Position numbers and translations under genes: made by a program
Notes under the pieces: generated by a model
What the model was told of the DNA's origin: nothing
Seen by the model: the letters and a program-made list of their open reading frames with translations, nothing else
The model's database searches: none
Source of the DNA: Elusimicrobiota bacterium
GTDB taxonomy: Bacteria; Elusimicrobiota; Elusimicrobia; UBA1565
Direction of reading: 5' to 3'
Length of the DNA stretch: 64,000 bases
Assembly (NCBI GenBank): GCA_043827405.1
Contig: JBDRPD010000034.1
Coordinates: 1 to 64,000 of the forward strand
Part shown: one piece after another, positions 28,954-35,599 of the stretch
How the letters are laid out: each line of letters opens with the position of its first letter
Numbering within the stretch: position 1 is the stretch's first letter

Positions 28954-30298
28954 TAAGCTCTCCCGAGACGGCCGCGAAAACTTCCTCGAGGATGTCCAGG
29001 CCGCGGTCCGCCTGCTCGCGGGTGATATTGAGCGGAGGGTTGATGCGGATGACCGGGGAGTAGGACATCGTCATAAGCCCCCGGCGCAGCGCCTCATCGA
29101 ATATCCTGCGGCAGGCGGTTTTTGCCAGGGGCTTTTTCGTGGCGCGGTCCTGCACCAGCTCGACGCCGATCAGCAGGCCTTGGCCGCGCACGTCGCCGAT
29201 AAACGCGAAGCGGTCCTGCAGTTTCTTGAGCCGCGCCAGCATGTGCGCGCCGAGGTCGCGGCTGTTGTCCACCAGCTTTTCATTCTTGAGGATTTTTAAG
29301 GCGGCGTTGCATGCGGCAGCGGCGAGAGGGTTGCCGCCGTAGCTCGAGGACGACCCGGAAGGGTCGGCGAAGGGCTTGGCAGCGGCGATGGCGCTTGGCG
29401 CGATGAGACCGCTGACCGGGAAGCCGCCCGCGATGCCCTTGCCGACGGTCATAATGTCCGGCTGCACGCCCTCGTGCTGACAGCCGAACCATTTCCCGGT
29501 GCGGCCGAAGCCGGTGATCATCTCATCGGCGATAAGCAGTCCGCCGTGCTCGTGCGCGATGTCGCGCAGTCCGGTTAGGAACCCGGGAGGAGGCTGTACG
29601 TTGCCGGCCGTCCCCTGGATCGGCTCGACGATGATGCCGGCGAGGTTGTTGGTCGTGGAGCGGCGGATCATGGTGCGCAAAAACTCGAGGCAGTGCGCGG
29701 CGCAGTCATGCTCGCCTTCCGTCCCGAAGGGGCAGCGGTAGGGGTTCGGGAACGGCGCGAGGTAGCGTCCGGGGGTGAGCGGCCCCAGACCATGCTTGAA
29801 GTTGTCGCCGAGCAGTCCCAGGACGCCGCCGGTTTTGCCGTGAAAACCGCCCCAGAAGCCGATGAATTCCGCATGGCGGGTATGGCTTATCGCCAGCCGG
29901 AAAGCGGCTTCCACTGCCTCTGAGCCTCCGGAGTAAAGCTGGAAGCGGTCCAGGCCCTTGGGAAGCACTTCCATGAGGCCGCGGCCGAATTCAACGCGGT
30001 TTTTGGTGGTGAAGCTGCCGACGTTGATGGCGGCCGCCTGTTCGGCGATGGCCCGGGCGTAGTCCGGATGGCCGTGGCCGATCGAGGCGACGCAGACGCC
30101 GGCCACGAAATCGATGTATTCCTTGCCGTCTAGATCATAGAACAGCGCCCCCCGGCCCTTGTCCAGCGTGATTTGGGAGAACAGCGCGATCGACTGCAGG
30201 CCGGGCGTCATGTAATTCTGTTCCTCTTCGAACCATTGTCGGGACAGCGGTCCGGTAATGGGTTCTTGGGAGGGAGATTTTTTTGTGGAGCTTGTCAT
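28946..30298 (-). CDS. Class III PLP-dependent aminotransferase
   Basis: D.DGKEYIDF, SGGSEAVE.A, GGFHGKT, IVEPIQG, IADEMITGFGRTG, PDIMTVGKG (PLP Lys). Start ATG30298 follows GAGGA. Confidence 0.93.
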   Translation of the reverse strand: MTSSTKKSPSQEPITGPLSRQWFEEEQNYMTPGLQSIALFSQITLDKGRGALFYDLDGKEYIDFVAGVCVASIGHGHPDYARAIAEQAAAINVGSFTTKNRVEFGRGLMEVLPKGLDRFQLYSGGSEAVEAAFRLAISHTRHAEFIGFWGGFHGKTGGVLGLLGDNFKHGLGPLTPGRYLAPFPNPYRCPFGTEGEHDCAAHCLEFLRTMIRRSTTNNLAGIIVEPIQGTAGNVQPPPGFLTGLRDIAHEHGGLLIADEMITGFGRTGKWFGCQHEGVQPDIMTVGKGIAGGFPVSGLIAPSAIAAAKPFADPSGSSSSYGGNPLAAAACNAALKILKNEKLVDNSRDLGAHMLARLKKLQDRFAFIGDVRGQGLLIGVELVQDRATKKPLAKTACRRIFDEALRRGLMTMSYSPVIRINPPLNITREQADRGLDILEEVFAAVSGELNG

Positions 30299-31152
30299 GT
30301 TGTCCTCTTGGTTTTGGGGAGGGCGAGCGCATGCTTCAGGCGTTTCTGCAGCTGCCAGGAAATCTGCACCGCCGCTTCTTTGCGGACCAGGGCGAAGCTG
30401 GGCCAGGAGTTGAAATCGAGTACCGTGATCGTTCCGTCCGGGGCGATGATGGCGTCGCCGCCGAAAATCTGCAGCGCCAGCGCCGTGGCGCCGGCCGCCG
30501 CCTGCGTGGCGAGCGAATCGACGTCGAATACGTGCCGGCACGCGCGGACCGCGTCGTGATAGAACCAGGTGAACCAGTGGCCGGGTCCGGCGCCGTAGAA
30601 CTTGATGAGATCGCCGTCGATGTGGGGCTGGATGATCCAGTGCGTAATCTCCCGCTTTTGGAAATCGGACACAATCTCACGCGCCCGCTCCCAGGTCTCG
30701 GCGCGCACAACGTCGTGGTCGCAGGTATTGTGCACGTCGCCTCGTTTGAGCCACCAGCCTTGGGGCGCCGGGAAGGCCGGCGGGTCGCCGGCTCCCGCCT
30801 CAACGGTGCGGACCTCGGTATCCGGGAAGCGGACCTCGCCGAGCGCCTGCATCGCGGGCGCCAGATGCGTTCGGTAGCAGTTGAGTACGGCGCGCGGGGG
30901 GTTCGCCCAGAGGGCGGTAGATCCTTCGGATTCCCGCAGCAGGCGCATAATGCGGGGATAGGATTCGCACATGGGGATGATCAGGTCCCAGCCGCGCAGG
31001 TCCAGGCCGTCGGCCTCCTCGGGCGTCACCGCCCGAGTCTTGAAGCCCATGGGCGCGAGCTGTTCAAGCACGGCTTGCAGGATCAGCGCGTCGTCGCTTT
31101 CGCGGTTGGGGGAGTTCGTTACTTCACGGAAAATGCCTAAGCACCGTAGCAT
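30295..31152 (-). CDS. ATP-grasp fold enzyme (ITPK1/RimK-like)
   Basis: Start ATG31152 (MLRCLGIFREVTNSPNRESDD). Motifs NPP.AV.NC.R, WLKRGDVH, IIQPHIDGDLIKFY, IFGGDAI, VLDFNSWPSF. Confidence 0.75.
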   Translation of the reverse strand: MLRCLGIFREVTNSPNRESDDALILQAVLEQLAPMGFKTRAVTPEEADGLDLRGWDLIIPMCESYPRIMRLLRESEGSTALWANPPRAVLNCYRTHLAPAMQALGEVRFPDTEVRTVEAGAGDPPAFPAPQGWWLKRGDVHNTCDHDVVRAETWERAREIVSDFQKREITHWIIQPHIDGDLIKFYGAGPGHWFTWFYHDAVRACRHVFDVDSLATQAAAGATALALQIFGGDAIIAPDGTITVLDFNSWPSFALVRKEAAVQISWQLQKRLKHALALPKTKRTT

Positions 31153-31877
31153 GAGATCACCTTTTCGGCCGCGGAAAGATCCTCCGGCCGGTCGACGTCG
31201 ATAGTATCCTGCAGGAGGACGCCGCGCACGACGGCGCCGCTGCGGATGAGATCGGTCCAATAGCTGCGCAGCTTGCCGTGCGCCGCCGCGGCGGGCATCG
31301 CCTCCGGCAAGGCTCGGGTTAAGGCGTATAGCCCGCAGGTTACGGATAGCCGCTGTTCAGGAGAGACGTCTTCGCCCAGGGCGCAAATGTTTCCGGCGGC
31401 GTCCCGCTGCGCCCATAGCGGCTTTTCATCTTCGACGAAGCCGGTCAGCGCGAGCGCGGCGGCGGGGGACGGCGCGCCGCCGGTTGCCGGGGCGAGCGCT
31501 TCGCCGGAGAAGCGCGCGATGTCGGCGGGGCGGATCAGCGCGTCCACCGTGCTGATCATGAAGTCGCCCGAATCCTGCGCCAGGGTTCGCGAGACGAGCC
31601 GGAAGCTCTCCCAGGAAGAGGCCGTGTCCCGGCGCAGGAAGCGCCAGTGAAGATCCGCGAAGTTTTCTTCCAGGTAGGTCCGCACGGCGTCGCCGGAGGT
31701 GTTGAGCAGGATCGTGATGTGCCGGATGCCGGCGCTGCGGAGGTTGGCCACCACCCAGTACACCAACGGTTTTCCCCGCACCGGCACCAGCGGCTTGGGA
31801 GTGTCGGGATGCGCGGCGGACAGGCGCGAGCCGAGTCCGGCGGCGATAATGCCGGCGCGCGCCAGGGGCGCGGTCAT
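31137..31877 (-). CDS. Nucleotidyltransferase (NTP_transferase; IPCT/sugar-phosphate type)
   Basis: AGIIAAGLGSRL...PKPLV.V.GKPL, STVD, DEKPL, IDVD.PEDL..A. Confidence 0.88.
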   Translation of the reverse strand: MTAPLARAGIIAAGLGSRLSAAHPDTPKPLVPVRGKPLVYWVVANLRSAGIRHITILLNTSGDAVRTYLEENFADLHWRFLRRDTASSWESFRLVSRTLAQDSGDFMISTVDALIRPADIARFSGEALAPATGGAPSPAAALALTGFVEDEKPLWAQRDAAGNICALGEDVSPEQRLSVTCGLYALTRALPEAMPAAAAHGKLRSYWTDLIRSGAVVRGVLLQDTIDVDRPEDLSAAEKVISCYGA

Positions 31878-32575
31878 GCGGCAGCCTCTTTGGGAAGCAG
31901 CAGGTCTTCCAGATCGGACAGCGCGTCAAGAATGGTCGCCTGCGCACAGCAGGCGTCCTTGCGATCACGTTCTCCGCGGACCCAGGCATGCGGCATGCCG
32001 AGCGCTTCCGCTCCGCGCATATCCCGCGGGACGGAATCGCCGACCATTAGGGCCGCTTCCGGAGCGACGCCCAGCAGGTCCGTGGCGTGCAGGAACAGTT
32101 TCTTGTCCGGCTTCAGAGCGCCGACTTTCTCGGAGTCCGCTACGGCATCGAACAGGTCGGCGAGGCCTTCATGCTCAAGGATAGAATCGAGATTGCCGTA
32201 GAAATTTGAAACGATGCCGAGGCGAAAGCGACGACGAAGGCGCTCGAGCAGTGGTCGATTAAGCTGGAGGGCCGTGCGCGACTCTTCCACGAAGCGGCGG
32301 GTGATCTTCTCAAGGTAGGTGCCGCGTGCCATATTTAGGGCGTCCAATACGCAGCCGGCCTGCAGCCGGACCGTCTCTTCTAAGGAAAGGCCGGCAAGAG
32401 CAAAGCGGGCGGGCAGGTTGTCGTCCGCATCATAGAAGGCGCGGTCGAATGTTTCGGGAGCGGCCGGGCATCCGCTATCAGCATAAATCCGCCGAAAACG
32501 CTCGCGCCAATGGAGTCCATTGGCATCTAGAGTCCCGCCAAAATCGAACAATACGGCCTGTATAGTTTGTGTCAT
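31874..32575 (-). CDS. HAD family hydrolase (phosphatase)
   Basis: VLFDFGGTLD, IVSNFYGN, KPD..LF, MVGDS...DM.GA..LGM. Start ATG32575. Confidence 0.9.
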   Translation of the reverse strand: MTQTIQAVLFDFGGTLDANGLHWRERFRRIYADSGCPAAPETFDRAFYDADDNLPARFALAGLSLEETVRLQAGCVLDALNMARGTYLEKITRRFVEESRTALQLNRPLLERLRRRFRLGIVSNFYGNLDSILEHEGLADLFDAVADSEKVGALKPDKKLFLHATDLLGVAPEAALMVGDSVPRDMRGAEALGMPHAWVRGERDRKDACCAQATILDALSDLEDLLLPKEAAA

Positions 32576-32634
32576 AAACGGGGGCGCCGGAGGGAATGAG
32601 CAACTCCGATGCATTTTACTACAAAAAATAGGCC

Positions 32635-32663
32635 TTGACAAACATTCACAATCCTGTTAAAAC
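32635..32663 (+). promoter_or_regulatory. Putative sigma70 promoter of the pilM operon
   Basis: Perfect TTGACA (32635-32640), 17-nt spacer, TG-t-TAAAAC (32658-32663, an imperfect -10) in an AT-rich divergent intergenic region. Confidence 0.6.
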
Positions 32664-32700
32664 TTCACAGACGTAGGTTCTTCTGGAACAAATAGGAGCG

Positions 32701-32745
32701 CGCCGAATGAGTCCTCGCGAGAGGAGCGTCGGCGTTTTTTGTTTT
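32701..32745 (+). terminator. Intrinsic-terminator-like hairpin in the pilM leader
   Basis: CGCCGA(32701-06)/TCGGCG(32729-34) outer stem, TCCTC-GCGA-GAGGA inner stem with a GNRA loop, followed by TTTTTTGTTTT. Confidence 0.6.
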
Positions 32746-32833
32746 ATTGTTCGTGCAGCTGCCAGCATGTTCGCGTGATGTGGCGGACGGGTGGCGCTTA
32801 CGGATGCGGTTATTTTTTGGAGGCACTTTCCAT

Positions 32834-33997
32834 ATGGCTGGCTTGGCCGGGCTGAAGGAAAAGCTTAAAAAGGTCGACTTAAAAGGACTGAAGGAGAAGG
32901 CAATGTCCTTGGTGGTCGGCCCGCAGGATATTATCGGCATTGATATCGGCAGCCATGCCGTGAAGGTCGCGGCCATCAAAAAAGTTAAGGATAAGCTGAC
33001 TCTCCATAGCTGGGGTTATCTGCCGCTTGATCCCAAGCCGGAAGCCACGGCGGATGAGAGGAAGCAGCAGACGATCAACCTGCTGAAGGCCTTCCTCATA
33101 CAGAAGAACGTGCAGATTAAAAATGTCGCCACGTCTATTTCCGGCAATGCGGTGATCGTGCGCTATGTTAAATTTCCTTTGCTGACCAAGAACGAGTTTA
33201 AGGCGACGCTCGCCACGGAAGCCGAGCCTTTTATCCCGTTCGATATCAACGAGGTTCAGCTGGGTTTCCATATCCTCGGCGAGCTGGTCGAGGAAGGGCA
33301 GAAAAAGATGGAGACTGTGCTGGTCGCGGCCAAGAAAGAAGCCGTGCAGATGCGGGTGGAGGTGCTGCAATCTCTGGGTCTTAAGCCGACGATCATCGAC
33401 GTGGACTCTTTCGCTCTGGAAAACGTATATGAGCGGATGGCGGAAGCGGGTACGGGCGGCGGCGCGACGCTTCTTCTTAACGTCGGGCACTCCGTTACCA
33501 ACCTCTCTATTATTGAGGAAGGCGTGACGCGCGTGGTCCGCGACATCCTGATTTCAGGGAATACCTTTACGCGCGCGATCATGAAGTCGCTGCAGTGTGA
33601 GTTCCCCAAGGCGGAGGAGGCTAAGAAAGCCTTCGGCATTCTCGTCGATCCGGAAGAGAAGGAGAAGGCGCTGCAGGCGGGCCAGCGGGAGGCGCTGGGG
33701 GTTTCCCAGGCCGTCACCACCGTACTCAAGGACATGGTCGGCGAGCTGCACCGGTCGGTCGATTTTTACCTTTCGCAGGGACCGGAGCGCTCGATCGGGC
33801 GCATCGTGCTCTCCGGTGGGTCGGCCGGGATGAAAAATATGGCCCGGCATCTGGCGGCCGAACTGAAGGTTCCGGTTTCGGTACTGGATCCGTTCGCCTG
33901 CCTTTCGGAGCTGCCCGCGGATATTCCCAAAGAGATCGCGCCCGGATTGGGCGTTGCCGTAGGCTTGGCCCTGCGCAGCAATAGGGACTGGGAATGA
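32834..33997 (+). CDS. pilM: Type IV pilus assembly protein PilM
   Basis: IGIDIGS..VK, EAE..IPFDI.EV, VLVAAKKE, IDVDSFAL.N, IVLSGG.A, AVGLALR. GGAGG SD before ATG32834. Confidence 0.93.
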   Translation: MAGLAGLKEKLKKVDLKGLKEKAMSLVVGPQDIIGIDIGSHAVKVAAIKKVKDKLTLHSWGYLPLDPKPEATADERKQQTINLLKAFLIQKNVQIKNVATSISGNAVIVRYVKFPLLTKNEFKATLATEAEPFIPFDINEVQLGFHILGELVEEGQKKMETVLVAAKKEAVQMRVEVLQSLGLKPTIIDVDSFALENVYERMAEAGTGGGATLLLNVGHSVTNLSIIEEGVTRVVRDILISGNTFTRAIMKSLQCEFPKAEEAKKAFGILVDPEEKEKALQAGQREALGVSQAVTTVLKDMVGELHRSVDFYLSQGPERSIGRIVLSGGSAGMKNMARHLAAELKVPVSVLDPFACLSELPADIPKEIAPGLGVAVGLALRSNRDWE

Positions 33998-34557
33998 TTA
34001 AGGTAAACCTGGTACCGGCGGAGATTCTGGACCGGGAGGTCCAGCGCCAGCGGGCGATCCAGGTGGGGATCGTCGCCGGCCTGGTCGCGCTGTTATTTGC
34101 GGGCGTTTCATTCACCCATTATCGCACCAAGATCCAGGTGACCAAGCAGCTCGAGGAGGAGAACGCGCGCTTAAAAAAGCTGGAGGCGATCGTCGCGCAG
34201 GTCAATGCCTTCGAGTCGAAGGCCGCCGCGGTGCGCTCGCGCTTGGGCGTGATGAACGATCTTTTGAAGTCGCGGGAGCTGTATCCTAAATTTATGGTCG
34301 ATATTATCGAATCTTTTCCGGACGGCGTATGGATCGGCACCTTGTCCACCACAAAAAAAGACAAGACCCTGTCGCTGTCAATGCCCGCTTTTGCCGCATC
34401 GACCGGCGATCTGACCACCTGGCTGCGCACGCTGGAGGAGTCAAAAATTTTTTCCGAAGCCAAGATCAGCGGGATAGCGATCGACCAGGAAGGCAAACAT
34501 ACTTTTAGTATGTCGATGATTTATACGCCGCAGGATGGGGAAAAGAAGCAGCCGTAG
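33994..34557 (+). CDS. pilN: Type IV pilus assembly protein PilN
   Basis: MIKVNLVP N-terminal PilM-binding motif, one TM, coiled coil, PDGVW. Confidence 0.88.
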   Translation: MIKVNLVPAEILDREVQRQRAIQVGIVAGLVALLFAGVSFTHYRTKIQVTKQLEEENARLKKLEAIVAQVNAFESKAAAVRSRLGVMNDLLKSRELYPKFMVDIIESFPDGVWIGTLSTTKKDKTLSLSMPAFAASTGDLTTWLRTLEESKIFSEAKISGIAIDQEGKHTFSMSMIYTPQDGEKKQP

Positions 34558-34566
34558 CGAGCGAGC

Positions 34567-35115
34567 ATGGCGAATATCCAAATCAAGCTGACCAAAGAGC
34601 AGCAGCAGTATCTGGTGTTTGCGGTGATGTTTTTGGGCGGCGGCGGGTATGCGTATGTGAAATATTTTTGGCTGCCGACTTCGGCGGCGATCACCAAGAC
34701 GAACGCCGAGATCGAAAGCGTCGTCAAGAAGATCACGAAGGCGAAGGGCGCCGCGGGAAAACTAAAGAAGATCCAGCAGGAACTCGAGCTGCTTAATAAG
34801 CAGGCGGAAGAAGCGGAAAAGCGTCTGCCGAAGGAAGAGGACTTCCCCACTGTCGTCGATACGATTACCGGCTTGGCCCGCAAGTACAATGTGGAGCTGA
34901 AGTCGTTCTCGACCGGCAAAAGGCAGGACCAGGCTCATTTCGTGCAGCTCACCTATTCGATTTCCGCTTCGGCGCCGTATCATGATTTGGGAAAGTTTTT
35001 TGCCTCGCTCGCTCTCGAAGAACGCATCTACAATGTGGAGAATGTCAGCTACTCTCCGGCGGAAGACACGGTGAGCGTTAATTTCCTGCTGATATCGTAT
35101 ATGTACAAAGGGTGA
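34567..35115 (+). CDS. pilO: Type IV pilus assembly protein PilO
   Basis: TM, coiled coil, LP.E...P, YHDLGKFF..L....RI.NV. Confidence 0.88.
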   Translation: MANIQIKLTKEQQQYLVFAVMFLGGGGYAYVKYFWLPTSAAITKTNAEIESVVKKITKAKGAAGKLKKIQQELELLNKQAEEAEKRLPKEEDFPTVVDTITGLARKYNVELKSFSTGKRQDQAHFVQLTYSISASAPYHDLGKFFASLALEERIYNVENVSYSPAEDTVSVNFLLISYMYKG

Positions 35116-35116
35116 T

Positions 35117-35584
35117 ATGAGGATTTATTGCGCGGCCGTTTTATTTCTATTTACGTTCTCTCGCGGCGTGGGGGCGGAGGAGTTTTCTGTTGCCGCTTCA
35201 TCTGCGGCCGTCAAGCCGCGGACAGTCAACGATATATACACCGGGGCGCATTATCGCAACCCCTTCACGGCGGTGGCGATCAAGAGCGGGGGGATTTCCT
35301 TCGCCGCGGCGGCGGCCTGGGATCCCGCGGATTTTAACATCCATGAGCTGGACCTAAAAGGGCTCCTGCGCGACAAAAATGGGGCCTTCGCCATACTTAC
35401 GGACCGGTTGGCCGGCGTGGGCTTCATGCTGCGCAAGGGGAAGCTTTATGATTACCGGAACAATCTCATCCCCGATGTGACCGGCAAGATAAATGTGGCG
35501 CAGAAAACGGTTTATCTGATAACCTCGGAAAAAGATGTCCAGACGTTGCATCTCGGCGAGGACAAAGATGATTCGGAGCAATAA
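35117..35584 (+). CDS. PilP-like periplasmic protein
   Basis: Position between pilO and pilQ, RNPF motif, L.LKG.......AIL. Lacks an obvious lipobox. Confidence 0.6.
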   Translation: MRIYCAAVLFLFTFSRGVGAEEFSVAASSAAVKPRTVNDIYTGAHYRNPFTAVAIKSGGISFAAAAAWDPADFNIHELDLKGLLRDKNGAFAILTDRLAGVGFMLRKGKLYDYRNNLIPDVTGKINVAQKTVYLITSEKDVQTLHLGEDKDDSEQ

Positions 35585-35599
35585 CGAGGAGATATCGTC

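Noticed and set aside
28946..30298. Class III aminotransferase as the missing GnnB, or as GabT/ArgD
   Set aside because: GnnB is a DegT-family enzyme, not class III. Tight coupling inside the inositol operon argues against a housekeeping assignment, so no gene symbol was given.
32704..32730. Resemblance of GAATGAGTCC...GGA to a hammerhead ribozyme core or c-di-GMP riboswitch
   Set aside because: It lacks the CUGAUGA and GAAA core nucleotides of hammerheads and the GGCAAA/GACGCAAA pattern of c-di-GMP-I. Kept only as an unclassified leader hairpin.
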